64,000 nt of DNA from a virus: the IMG/VR virus record IMGVR_UViG_3300043803_002519. The stretch is one strand, 5' to 3'. This document shows positions 8,517-19,078 of this stretch, piece after piece. Positions within the stretch are counted from its first letter, which is position 1. Each line of letters starts with the position of its first letter. Position numbers and translations under genes: made by a program. The notes beneath the pieces were generated by a model. That model ran no database searches. It saw only the letters and a list, made by a program, of their open reading frames with translations, and was not told where the DNA came from.

Positions 8517-10884
8517 ATGCCGACGGACCAGTACAATCCGGACAACGTCCGGCGCCTTCTCGCCCTGCACTCGCGTCGGCTGGACAAGCGCGCCAACGTC
8601 TGGAGGATGCTGAACGCGGCGTACCTCACCCGGTTCTGGGAGTACGTCGGCAACGTCCCCGACACCGCCCGCTGGTCGAAGTGGAACATCAACGGCACCG
8701 AGGTCGAGGTCAACCGCCTGTGGCGTCGGGTGATGACCTACAAGGCGGCCCTGTACCGCAAGACCTCCCGCATCGAGTGCGGACCCGACCCCATCACCGA
8801 CCGGGGCGACCCGGTCATTGGCTCGGCCGTGGCCAACGCCATGTGGATGGACGAGTCCAGCGCCGAGCAGATGGACCGGGCCGTGGAGCTCGCCATCCTG
8901 TTCCCGGGCTCTGGCTTCAAGGTGGGCGTGGACGAGGGGCGCGCCCCGGCCCTACGGCGGGTGTGGACCCGCGTCGTTCCGTGGTGGGAGCTCGTCCTGG
9001 ACTCCGACGTCAGCGACGTGAAGGACGAGCGCTTCCGCGGCCACCGGTACTGGGCGCCGAAGAACCTCATCGCCGACAAGTACAACCTGACGGGCCTCAT
9101 CGGCTCCCGCCGCCGGGACTTCCTGGCGCAGGACAACGACGTCGTGAACGTCCAGACGACGGACAATCAGGACGGCGACGACGATGACGGCGAGTTCGTC
9201 GAGGTGCTGGAGTTCTCCAACCTCGTCGACTGGGTCACGGGAAAGAGCGGCGAGAAGTACAAGGGGCGGCAGGAAATCTACGTTCTGAACCAGAACGACA
9301 AGTTCAAGGAGCCGGTCGACCGCAGCCCCCTGGCGTTCGCGGACGCCGACGGCGTGGGCATCTCGCACATCGAGTACCTCATCTTCTGCCACGAGCCGTC
9401 GTTCCCCTTGCGTGGGGTGAGCCCTTGCGAGCGCATCCTTCCTCAGATGCGGGAGACCAACGTGTACCGCACGAAGCTGGCGGAGCTCCTCCGTCGCAAC
9501 GCGCGGAAGTACTTCTACAAGCGGGGCACGCTGGGCGACGACCAGGTTACCAAGCTGCTCGACGGCAACGACCAGTGCCTGATTGCCGCCGAAGAAGCGG
9601 GTGACGTCGACCTCCGGACCCTCGTGGTCCCGGTGCCGCACATTCCCATCGCGTCGGAGTTCTGGCAGTGGATGGGCCAGGTGCAGGCCGACGACGACCA
9701 AGCGTGGGGGCAGATCACCCCCGCAAGCGGCGGGTCGACGGAGCGCAACAAGACGGCCTACGCCAACCAGATCGAACAGTTCTGGACCGAGAGTGAGATT
9801 GGATACCACGGGCAGTGCCTCACCTCGTCGGTGAAGCGCCTCACGCGGCTGCGGAACCGCGCGGTCATCCACGCCATGCAGAGCGCCGGCGACGCTGTCG
9901 GCGGCCATGGGGTCTCCGCAAACGGAGCGGTGCCCGAAGGAACCGACCTCGCGCCCATTGGAGCCACCACCGGCAAGGACGCCTCCACCGAGGCTGCGAT
10001 GCGTGCGGATGCCGCCGGCAGCGCTGGCCCCGCAGTGTCCGCCGAGGAAACCGCCGCGGTAGCCGTCGCCACCGGGGACGCCGAGCAGGCCTCGGCCCGG
10101 GAGACGAGCAGCGGCGCGGCGAAGGTCGTGGTCAGCGAGTTCCTCGTGAAGGACATCGACGGGAACCCCCACACCGTGACCGTGGGGGCCCTCGACGCCG
10201 ACTTCGAGATCAAGTTCGTGGACGGCGGCCGCACGCCGATGGCGGACGCTGCGCTCCTGCAGTTCCTCTCGACGCAAGGCGCGCAGTACTTCGAATGGTT
10301 CGCCATGGTGGTGAAGGGCGGCCCGGCCGCGGTCATGGCCCGCGCGTGGATGCAGGAGGTAGCGGCCATCGCCCAGCTGCCGCCGTCGCTCCACGTCGAC
10401 ACCCTCGAGCGCAAGCTCGCGGAGGAAGGCCAGACCCCCGAGCAGGCCGTGGCGAAGGAGTTGCCCGCCGGAGCCGAGGAGGCCCCGCCGGATGAGCAGG
10501 TCGAGCCCGCTGCGCCCGCGCCCGAGGGCACCGCCGGCGCGCCGGCCGACCCGCTCGGCATGGCACTGGGGGAGATTGCCCACGCGCTGAAGGGCGCGGC
10601 CGAGGGAGCTCCCGAAGCTGCCGGCCCCATTCAGGCCTCGATGCAGGCGCTGCAGGGGGCCATGACGGCGAAGGAAGCCGGCGACCTCACTGGGGTCATC
10701 GAGGCCCTCAACGCGGCGCTCGACGCGCTCGAGCCCCTCGCCGAGAGCATCCCCGACGGCGCGGCGCCTGCCTTGGCCCGCGCGGTGGAGATCATGGACC
10801 AGGTGCGCCGGGCGCTGATGAAGGGCGCGGCCGCCGAGGGCGCGCCAGCCCCCGAAGAACCCCCCGTCGAAGAGGTTCCCCCCG

Positions 10885-10895
<11 letters not shown>
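8517..10895 (+). CDS. Putative portal protein with an Ala/Glu-rich C-terminal extension (792 aa)
   Basis: Called from size and position downstream of terL and upstream of the scaffold and capsid genes. Not verified by motif. Confidence 0.6.
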
Positions 10896-11520
<625 letters not shown>

Positions 11521-11522
11521 GC

Positions 11523-12173
11523 ATGCCCCTGTACACCTACCGCTGCCCCGAAGGGCACGCCATCGACCACCTCTGCCGCTACGAGCAGCGGCCCGCTACC
11601 TTGGCCTGCTCCTGCGGCCGGGACGCCACGCAGGCCCTCGCCCTGACGGCGCCGGGCATCGTCGTCGGCGGCACCTCGGGGGGCAAGGGGCGCTTCGCTG
11701 CCGACCGCACCGGGTACGTCGAGGAGTCCCCCGGAGTGTGGGTGAAGGGCGCGAGCGCCTTGAACCCCAACTTCGTCGACTACCGCTGCATCGCCTGCTC
11801 GCACAAGGATGTCGCCGTGGACGAGCCCGTCCCCGCGGCGTGTCCCTCGTGCGGCGGCACGCTGGAGACCTACCTCAACACCGCGGCCACGCACGTCGAC
11901 TGGTTCCCGCACGGTGGCTACTACGACCGGGCGCTCGGGGTCCACCTCAACAGCAGGGCGCATCGGGCCCAGGTGCTGGCGGAGCGGGGGCTGCGGGAGT
12001 CGGACGACGCTGAGATCGACAACAACTTCCGCGCGGCCTCGGCGCTGCGCGCGGAGCAGGACCGCGACATCGCCGAGATGCTCGACGAGTGGGACGACGA
12101 CAAGGACCGAGCTCGCCTCGTGGACGAGGGGCGCGCCCCCGACCACTCCTGGGCCCGGGACGTACTGCGATAG
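11523..12173 (+). CDS. FmdB-like zinc-ribbon protein (216 aa)
   Basis: N-terminus MPLYTYRCPEGH...CSCG resembles the FmdB-type zinc ribbon. A second ribbon is CIAC...CPSCGG. The ATG at 11523 lies inside ORF 11310..12173. Confidence 0.55.
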   Translation: MPLYTYRCPEGHAIDHLCRYEQRPATLACSCGRDATQALALTAPGIVVGGTSGGKGRFAADRTGYVEESPGVWVKGASALNPNFVDYRCIACSHKDVAVDEPVPAACPSCGGTLETYLNTAATHVDWFPHGGYYDRALGVHLNSRAHRAQVLAERGLRESDDAEIDNNFRAASALRAEQDRDIAEMLDEWDDDKDRARLVDEGRAPDHSWARDVLR

Positions 12174-12176
12174 TGA

Positions 12177-12203
12177 CCGGCGGGTCAGAATGTGGTATCT
12201 TGG
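12177..12203 (+). promoter_or_regulatory. Degenerate cassette copy (CCGGCGGGTCAGAATGTGGTATCTTGG)
   Basis: Same hairpin + TGnTATCnT layout, upstream of 12223. Confidence 0.4.
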
Positions 12204-12222
12204 AGCGCACTCCGAGAGTTTC

Positions 12223-12825
12223 ATGCCTCAACCCGCCGACATGCCCCCCGAGATGCCCGCTGACGCGATGCCCCCGGGCGGTCCTCCGATGGAAGGGCCT
12301 CCGATGGAAGGGCCTCCGCCGGGCGGCGCCTCCGACAACCCGGTCGCCGAGGTGCAGGCCCCGCCGCCGCCGGCCGAAGGCTACAGCGAGAAGTGCGTCA
12401 AGGACCTGCTGAAGGCCCTGGGCCTCGCGCTCAAGGCCGCGACGAAGGCGATGGGCCGCGAGGCTCCGTCGGTCCCCGAGGCGCCGGCCGAGGTCTTCGA
12501 GAAGGGGAAGATGCGCCAGCCGTTCCCCGGCGTCATCGTGCAGGAGATTGCCATGCTCCTGATGATGGCCTCCCAGATCGGGGGCAAGCACGAGGGCCGC
12601 TACGACGGGGACCTCATGGAGCTCCTCGCCTCCGACGACGGCCTCGACCGCCTGGCCACCCTGCTCGAGCTCCTCTCCAAGGACAAGGTCCTCCTCTCCG
12701 CGCTCAAGGAAGCGCAGAAGGCGGCGCCGGCCAAGGGCCCCGTGGCCGAGACCGAAGAGGTCGAGGTGGCCGCTGGACCCGAGGGCGAAGAGGTCGAAGC
12801 CATGGACGCCCGCGAGTACGCTTGA
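12223..12825 (+). CDS. Hypothetical Pro/Met-rich head-module protein (200 aa)
   Basis: ATG at 12223 inside ORF 11809..12825. GPPMEGPPMEGPP duplication. Promoter-like cassette upstream. Confidence 0.6.
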   Translation: MPQPADMPPEMPADAMPPGGPPMEGPPMEGPPPGGASDNPVAEVQAPPPPAEGYSEKCVKDLLKALGLALKAATKAMGREAPSVPEAPAEVFEKGKMRQPFPGVIVQEIAMLLMMASQIGGKHEGRYDGDLMELLASDDGLDRLATLLELLSKDKVLLSALKEAQKAAPAKGPVAETEEVEVAAGPEGEEVEAMDAREYA

Positions 12826-12850
12826 TGGAGCTCCGCGAAAAATCTCTCCA

Positions 12851-12885
12851 AACTGACTCGCCGGTCAGTTTTGTGTTATCGTTGC
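12851..12885 (+). promoter_or_regulatory. Intergenic cassette copy A: hairpin AACTGAC-TCGCCG-GTCAGTT, then TTGTGTTATCGTTGC
   Basis: 27 nt (12859-12885) match 41015-41041 at 26 of 27 positions. Contains an extended -10-like TGTTATCGT. Confidence 0.6.
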
Positions 12886-12889
12886 ACCC

Positions 12890-13867
12890 ATGAGCACCTC
12901 ACTCGACACCACGACCCTGGAAGGCGGAGCCGGCAACGGCGCCGAGGGCGTGCAGGTTGAGCTGGCTCCTGTCGCCTCGCCGGCGACGGGGCCCGCCCAA
13001 GTTGCCGCATCGGCATCTGAGGGCACGCCTCCCGACAGCAAGACCTTCCTCGAGCAGATCGCCGAGGCCTTCGAAGGCGAGGACGCTGATGCTGTCAAGC
13101 AGCACGTCGCCGTCTCGGACATCAACGCCCTGAGCGGGAAGGAGCGCGGCATCGTCCGCGCTCTCCTCGCCCACCGCCAGGAGGAGGCGTCCAAGAACGC
13201 CGCCGCCGAAGCGGAGCGCGTTGCTGCCATCGGCGCTCGCGAGAAGGCTCTCGCCCAGTCCGCCGCCGACCTCCGCCGCCGGGAAGCCGCGCTCTACGCG
13301 CTGGCCAACAGCCCGGAGCTCGACGCCGCGCGCCGTGGCCAGAAGCCCAAGGTCGACCCCCTGTCGCCCGAGGGCATGGAGCAGCTGGCCGCCTACAACG
13401 CCAGCCTCGGCGTGGCCAAGGCTCTCGACCCCATCTTCCAGCGCAGCGAGCAGGCCCGCAAGGACTACGCCTACGCTGAGCTCCAGGAAAAGTTCCCGGT
13501 CATCAAGGAGAAGGATGCGGAGTTCCGCACCTTCATGGCCGAGCAGAACGCGGGCATCAGTCGCGACGACGTGCTGGCGGGCAAGGCCCGGTGGCGCGTC
13601 ACCGTGGACGTGGGTGCCCGCCTCTTCGCCGCCGAGCAGCGGGCCGAGGAGGCCGCTCGCGCCGTCGAGCAGCGCCGTGCCGCCGAAGTGGCCGACCGCG
13701 CCGGCGCCGCCCGAGCGCTGAATCGCGTCAACTCCAACGGCTTCTCCGAGGCCGACCTCCGCATCCCCGACGAAGTCTTCGAGAAGGGCAACGTCACCGA
13801 GTACCTGGCGAAGTTCTCCCCCGAGCGCCGCGCCGCCATCGTCCGCTTCAACGCGGCCAACGCCTGA
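12890..13867 (+). CDS. Putative scaffolding protein (325 aa)
   Basis: Ala/Glu/Arg-rich and helical-looking. Sits immediately upstream of the capsid gene. Confidence 0.6.
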   Translation: MSTSLDTTTLEGGAGNGAEGVQVELAPVASPATGPAQVAASASEGTPPDSKTFLEQIAEAFEGEDADAVKQHVAVSDINALSGKERGIVRALLAHRQEEASKNAAAEAERVAAIGAREKALAQSAADLRRREAALYALANSPELDAARRGQKPKVDPLSPEGMEQLAAYNASLGVAKALDPIFQRSEQARKDYAYAELQEKFPVIKEKDAEFRTFMAEQNAGISRDDVLAGKARWRVTVDVGARLFAAEQRAEEAARAVEQRRAAEVADRAGAARALNRVNSNGFSEADLRIPDEVFEKGNVTEYLAKFSPERRAAIVRFNAANA

Positions 13868-13890
13868 GTTTCTTCCGCTCCTGAAACATT

Positions 13891-13920
13891 CCGACCAGTC
13901 GGTTTTTCTGAGGATTCACC
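13891..13920 (+). promoter_or_regulatory. Degenerate cassette copy (CCGACCAGTCGGTTTTTCTGAGGATTCACC)
   Basis: Shares GTCGGTTTT with copy B; lies upstream of the capsid gene. Confidence 0.35.
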
Positions 13921-13923
13921 ACC

Positions 13924-14994
13924 ATGCCCGCAGCGACCATCACCCCCTCCATCGACCTCGAAGCACTCACCCTGGTCGGCATCAAGGCGGCCGCCAAGTC
14001 CACGGACGCCCAGGCGGTGACCAACGGCTGGAAGGCGCTCTGTGAGTCCGTGCACGGCAAGTCCCCGATGCAGTGGACCTTCGGCGAGCGCCGCACCACC
14101 GAGGTGCAGGTCATCGACCACACCGGCGTGACGAACTTCTCGTCCGGCTTCGAGTCCTACGAGGAGTCGGCGCTGACCACCGGTCGCCCCGCGGCCTACG
14201 GCTTCGCCATCTCCGGCCTCGCCGCGAAGATCGGCCAGCGCCAGATTCGCACCTACCAGAACGCGAAGGCCTTCGAAGAGTGGGTCAAGCGCACCATCGG
14301 CAACTGCAACGGCATCCTGAGCCGCGGCTACAACAAGCGCGTCGTCGCCGGCACCGGCGCGGGCTTCGCCGACTTCCAGACCCTCAACGGCTTCGACAGC
14401 TCCACCGGCTTCTTCGAGTCCGGCGCCAAGGGCACCCAGACCAACGTCGTCGGCGGGCTCTCCAAGGCCACCTACGCCTACACCCCGGGCTGGAACAACA
14501 TGGTCGTGGACATGTCCAACGCCATGGGCAGCAACTTCTTCCAGTTCGACGCCGCGCTGAGCTCCATCCGGATTCTCGGCGCCCCCATGGACAAGACCGC
14601 GGGCCTCGGCTCGCAGAACTTCATGGACAACGCCAAGCGCTACCTCCGCGCCTACGAGCGCTACACCGGCGGCAAGTACGACGCTGGCGTGCCCTTCGAG
14701 GTCTTCGGCGGGGTGAAGTTCTTCCTCGACTTCTACATGCCGTCCACCGGCTCGATCACGATCAACAACGCCATCTCGGCGTACATCATCGACGGCAGCC
14801 AGATTCCGGCCTTCTGGATGCCGGCCTGCAAGATCGGCGACACCGAGCTCCCCGACGGCCACTTCGGCGTCGGCTCCTGGCGCCCGGTCAGCGGCATGCA
14901 GGACGTGTTCGTGATGCCCATGGCCTGCGCCGGCCAGGTCTGCGCCGACCTCCTCGGCACCTCGGGCGTCATCCGCCGCGGCAACACCTACTGA
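13924..14994 (+). CDS. Putative major capsid protein (356 aa)
   Basis: Called from position after the scaffold gene, size and composition. No diagnostic motif can be checked by eye. Confidence 0.65.
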   Translation: MPAATITPSIDLEALTLVGIKAAAKSTDAQAVTNGWKALCESVHGKSPMQWTFGERRTTEVQVIDHTGVTNFSSGFESYEESALTTGRPAAYGFAISGLAAKIGQRQIRTYQNAKAFEEWVKRTIGNCNGILSRGYNKRVVAGTGAGFADFQTLNGFDSSTGFFESGAKGTQTNVVGGLSKATYAYTPGWNNMVVDMSNAMGSNFFQFDAALSSIRILGAPMDKTAGLGSQNFMDNAKRYLRAYERYTGGKYDAGVPFEVFGGVKFFLDFYMPSTGSITINNAISAYIIDGSQIPAFWMPACKIGDTELPDGHFGVGSWRPVSGMQDVFVMPMACAGQVCADLLGTSGVIRRGNTY

Positions 14995-15045
14995 GCGTAG
15001 GCTCGGTCCCCATCAACCGCCCCCTCTGAACTTCCGGAGTCTTCC

Positions 15046-15543
15046 ATGTCCCTCATCAAGGCCGACGGCTACATCGCCAACGGCGGCACCGGTCGCACCG
15101 GCCCCTCCAAGACGCAGGTCTGGATCACCGACCAGACGGTCACCGTTGGTCAGTGGGTCGCTTCCTACGCGGGCGACACCACGAGCCCTTCGGGTCTCGC
15201 GAACGGTCCGCAGGGGTCGTTCCGCCTGGCCGACTCGAGCAACGCCGACGCGGTCTACAACACCGTGGGCGTCGTGATGGAGGCTGTGGACAACAGCCCT
15301 TCCAGCACCGCCGCCGGCTACGTCGAGATCGCCATCGCCGGCGCCGTCGACACCATGAACCTCGTGTCGGCCAGCGTGGCCGCGGGCGACAACCTGATCA
15401 TCAGCACCACCGCCGGTGTCGCAACCGTCGTGGGCACCCCGACCGCCGACGTGCGGGTCATCGGCCAGTGCCTCACGGACGGCGGCTCCGACCAGGGCTC
15501 GGGCATCATCTTCCCGCACCCGATGTTCGCCGGCCTGGTGTAG
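15046..15543 (+). CDS. Small virion protein, possibly capsid decoration (165 aa)
   Basis: Follows the capsid gene. Gly/Ala/Val-rich, beta-like sequence. Confidence 0.5.
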   Translation: MSLIKADGYIANGGTGRTGPSKTQVWITDQTVTVGQWVASYAGDTTSPSGLANGPQGSFRLADSSNADAVYNTVGVVMEAVDNSPSSTAAGYVEIAIAGAVDTMNLVSASVAAGDNLIISTTAGVATVVGTPTADVRVIGQCLTDGGSDQGSGIIFPHPMFAGLV

Positions 15544-15651
15544 TCCTCGCCCTCGGGCGCGTCAGTTGGCGTCGGTTGGCGCGCCCCGGGGAGCCCTTCC
15601 TTCCCCTGAGCGTGCTGGCCGACGCCTTCCTCGTTTTGGAGTACCTTCACC

Positions 15652-16998
15652 ATGTCCTACGGCAACGTCCGCACCCTGCTCGACCGCGTCGGCGTGAAGG
15701 TCGAGCACAGTCCGCAGGACCGTGACTCTCGAGCGGCGCGGCTCGACATCTTCAACCGGCACCTGTCGGACGTGTCCTCGGCCCAGCCGTGGCGCTTCCT
15801 GCAGACCGAGGCCGACTTCAAGGTCTGGTACAAGCGGGACAACTCCACCACCGCCTTCACGGTGGCGGTCACCAACGGCTCCACCGCGGTCACCGTGAGT
15901 GGGGACTTGGGCACGGACTTCGCCCTCAGCAACGCGGGCATGGAGTTCAACGACGGGCTGGATGCTGTGGGAGGGGCATCGGTCTACACCATCGCGCGCT
16001 TCACGAGCGCCACCGGCGCCGCATTCGTTCTGGACCGCCCCTACGAGGGGGCCACGAACGCGGCCTTGACGACCTGGTACATCGGCAACGACAAGGTTCT
16101 GCTCCCCTTCGACTGCGGCCAGCCCATGGGCTTCATCGACCGGGTGAACGGCCGTGGCCGGCTCATCTCGTGGGACCGCCGGCGGGAGGAACTCTACCTG
16201 TCGACGATGACGGGGACGGGGGACGTGTGGTGGATCGTAGACGGGGACACCCCCTACGACCGGCCGCCGGACTCCACCTTCGCAGGGGTCCTCAGCACCG
16301 CAGCAGGCACGCTCTTGGCGAGCTCCATCTTTCAGTACGCCTACACCTTCGAGCAGTTCGGGCGGGAGTCCCCCCCGGCCATCATCGTCGAGGTCACAAC
16401 GGGGGCCGGGGCCAACAACCAGGTGGTGCTGTCGGGCATCGAGAACACCGAGTACTCCGCCGGCGTCAGCGTCGGGAAGCGGAAGTACCTCTACCGCCGG
16501 CAGGTGTCGCGGTCGTCCACGACGCTGGGCAACGTCAACGGGCCGTGGCTGCGCCTCGCCACCATCTCCGAGAGCGCCACCACCTACACCGACGACGGCT
16601 CCATCACCCCGACGCGCGCCGACAACAGCGCCATGTACTTCGAGGGGCCGTCCCAGTACATGCGGCCGAAGGCCGACCCTCAGGAGGACGAGGTGCTCCG
16701 GGTCCGCTACCTCCAGCGCGTCCGGAAGCTGGTGAGCGACTCCGACGTGCCGTCGAAGTGGCCGTCGGAGTACTACGACATGTTCGTGCTGCTCACCGCC
16801 ATGGACATCGTCGGGAGCAACTCCGAGCTCGCCAAGTCCCGGAACTGGGAGGTCGCCGCGATGAACATGCAGAAGCGGGCGATGGCCGGCTGGGTGCAGG
16901 TGCCGGACCTCCCCACCCAGAAGCAGGGGTGGGGCGTGGGCGGCTTCGGGTCCTACGTGGTCCGCGCGGGCACGGTCACCTCCGACTTCGGGTCCTGA
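15652..16998 (+). CDS. Virion structural protein, adaptor or tail candidate (448 aa)
   Basis: Clean ORF in the structural block. Function inferred from position only. Confidence 0.6.
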   Translation: MSYGNVRTLLDRVGVKVEHSPQDRDSRAARLDIFNRHLSDVSSAQPWRFLQTEADFKVWYKRDNSTTAFTVAVTNGSTAVTVSGDLGTDFALSNAGMEFNDGLDAVGGASVYTIARFTSATGAAFVLDRPYEGATNAALTTWYIGNDKVLLPFDCGQPMGFIDRVNGRGRLISWDRRREELYLSTMTGTGDVWWIVDGDTPYDRPPDSTFAGVLSTAAGTLLASSIFQYAYTFEQFGRESPPAIIVEVTTGAGANNQVVLSGIENTEYSAGVSVGKRKYLYRRQVSRSSTTLGNVNGPWLRLATISESATTYTDDGSITPTRADNSAMYFEGPSQYMRPKADPQEDEVLRVRYLQRVRKLVSDSDVPSKWPSEYYDMFVLLTAMDIVGSNSELAKSRNWEVAAMNMQKRAMAGWVQVPDLPTQKQGWGVGGFGSYVVRAGTVTSDFGS

Positions 16999-17001
16999 GC
17001 C

Positions 17002-19077
17002 ATGCAGAGCAAGGCCCTCGTCATCCCCGGCATCAAGGGCATCGACCAGCGGTGGTCGGCGGGCGCGTCCAGCGCGACTCGCGCCCGAGACCTGCGCTGG
17101 GACGGCCGCGGCTTCTGGACCTCCTCCGGGGGCTACGGCCTCTACATGGAGAGCAACGAGAACGCGAACCCCTTCGCCGGCGTCGGGCGCATCAACTCGG
17201 CGCACTACTTCAGCCAGCACAACGGAGCGCGCAGCTGGCTCATCTACGAGGCGGCCAACGGCAACCTCTACACGTTCAACCCCTCCACTGCGGCGCGGAG
17301 CGGCTCCCCTGGCGACATCGCCGAGGACCGCGCGGCCCAGCAGCAGACCGACCGCGCGAGCCCCACGACCCCGTGGCAGCACAGCCAGTCGGCGACCTGG
17401 GGCGACAACTTCTACATCGTCAACGGCATCAACCGGCCCCTCGTGTTCGACGGGTACTGCTGGGACTACGCGGGGTTCAGTGGACCCGCCGGGTCGCCGT
17501 CGGCAGTGGTAATGGCCCGGCCGTTCGCGACCACAGGGAGCGGAATCAAGCTGACCTCCGTCGGCCTGGGTCCGACGAGCAGCGACGCCGATGTTGATTA
17601 CAAGGTGGCCTACCGCTGGCGTGTGGCGTTCCGGAATGTCCGAAAGCAGTTGTCGCCGCTGTCGTCGCCCTCGGAAATCGTGAGCTTCACCAACTCTGGA
17701 GGGTCTGAGGAGTCTGACGGGGGGCACCTGGCGGCCCTCAACCTGCCGATTGGCGGGCCGGAGGTGACTACCCGGGTGCTGTTCCGCACCCAGAACATAT
17801 ACGACTCCACAGGGAACCCCATCCAGGGGTACGCCGATCAGTTCTTCTTCCACTCGGAGATTCCGGACAACGTCACCGCAGTGGTTCTCGACGGGTTGCT
17901 CGACAGCAATCTCGGCACCCCGGTGGACGACCTGGACTACGGGCCGTGGCCGACGGGGGCGAAGTTCATCGCGCCGTTCAAGGGGTGCATGTTCGCCACG
18001 GGCAGCACCCAGACGGACGTGTTCTACTCGGCCCCCGGCTCCCCGGAGAACTTCCCCATCGACAACGTGTTGCCGGTGGGCGACGCCTACCTCGGGCCCA
18101 TCACGGGCCTGTACGGCACCCGAAACGCGCTGGTGGTGTTCAAGGAGCACGGCATCTACTTCATCAAGGGCGACCCGGTGAACGGCTTCACCGCCTCGCT
18201 CTTCACGAAGACCACGGGCTGTGTGGCGGGCAACACCGTGCGCGAGGTGCCCGGGCTCGGCCTGGTGTTCCTCGGCAGCAGCGGGGTGTTCCTGCTCCGC
18301 GGCACCCTTGAGAACGAGGGGGTGCAGACCGAGGTGGTGCCCCTGCACGTTCCCATCACGGAGTGGATGAAGAAGCTGAACCGCTCCGCGCTCATCGGGG
18401 CGGTGGCCGCGGTCTACCACCGGGACAAGGAGTATTGGCTGGCGGTGCCATCGGTCGGGTCGGCGGAGAACGACCTGGTCCTCGTCTTCCACTACGAGGT
18501 GGGGGAGTGGACGACCCGCGAGGACTTCCCCATCTCGTGCATGCTCGAGACCCCCGACCACCGGGGGCACCTCGTCTTCGGCAGCTGGGACCCCAACAGC
18601 GAGGGCATCCACCTGTACTCCCCCGCCTTCGCCGACAAGAACGGCACCGCCATCGCGCCGCTGTACCAGACCGGCTGGTTCAACGTGGGGGCCATCTGGC
18701 GCTCGATGCGGCCGAAGTACGTGCAGGTCCAGTGCGGCCTCCACGGCGACAACGGGCTCAACCTCGAGGTCACCACCAACCGAAAGCTCGCTGCCTGGCC
18801 CGCCCAGCCCGCCGAGCCACAGCAGTACCCAGGCGACGCCCAGCCCGTGTACGGCACGGCCACCTTCGACTCCGACATCAACTGGACCGCGTTCCGCCCG
18901 GGGACGCTCCGGTTCGACATCGTGGACGCCAAGCAGGCTATGGTTCACGAGATGAGCGTGGCCTTCACCCCGGACAGCGGCAAGCGGTGGATGTCGCTGG
19001 TCGTCATCGACCCCGAGATTTCCCCCGACGACCCCAACGAGGCGAAGCCCATCGGGCCCGGCCGAGGGGGGCGCTGA
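17002..19077 (+). CDS. Large virion structural protein, tail or nozzle candidate (691 aa)
   Basis: Clean ORF in the structural block. Function inferred from position only. Confidence 0.6.
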   Translation: MQSKALVIPGIKGIDQRWSAGASSATRARDLRWDGRGFWTSSGGYGLYMESNENANPFAGVGRINSAHYFSQHNGARSWLIYEAANGNLYTFNPSTAARSGSPGDIAEDRAAQQQTDRASPTTPWQHSQSATWGDNFYIVNGINRPLVFDGYCWDYAGFSGPAGSPSAVVMARPFATTGSGIKLTSVGLGPTSSDADVDYKVAYRWRVAFRNVRKQLSPLSSPSEIVSFTNSGGSEESDGGHLAALNLPIGGPEVTTRVLFRTQNIYDSTGNPIQGYADQFFFHSEIPDNVTAVVLDGLLDSNLGTPVDDLDYGPWPTGAKFIAPFKGCMFATGSTQTDVFYSAPGSPENFPIDNVLPVGDAYLGPITGLYGTRNALVVFKEHGIYFIKGDPVNGFTASLFTKTTGCVAGNTVREVPGLGLVFLGSSGVFLLRGTLENEGVQTEVVPLHVPITEWMKKLNRSALIGAVAAVYHRDKEYWLAVPSVGSAENDLVLVFHYEVGEWTTREDFPISCMLETPDHRGHLVFGSWDPNSEGIHLYSPAFADKNGTAIAPLYQTGWFNVGAIWRSMRPKYVQVQCGLHGDNGLNLEVTTNRKLAAWPAQPAEPQQYPGDAQPVYGTATFDSDINWTAFRPGTLRFDIVDAKQAMVHEMSVAFTPDSGKRWMSLVVIDPEISPDDPNEAKPIGPGRGGR

Positions 19078-19078
19078 G

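Noticed and set aside
15562-18948. 1128-aa minus-strand ORF antisense to the structural genes. Similar cases: 5040..6632, 8952..10583, 13471..14862, 26013..30599, 32667..35942, 36615..38093 and 38274..40775.
   Set aside because: These are typical long open shadow frames of GC-rich DNA. Their products are dominated by R/G/P/A/H/V with no motifs, and each lies fully inside a well-supported opposite-strand gene.
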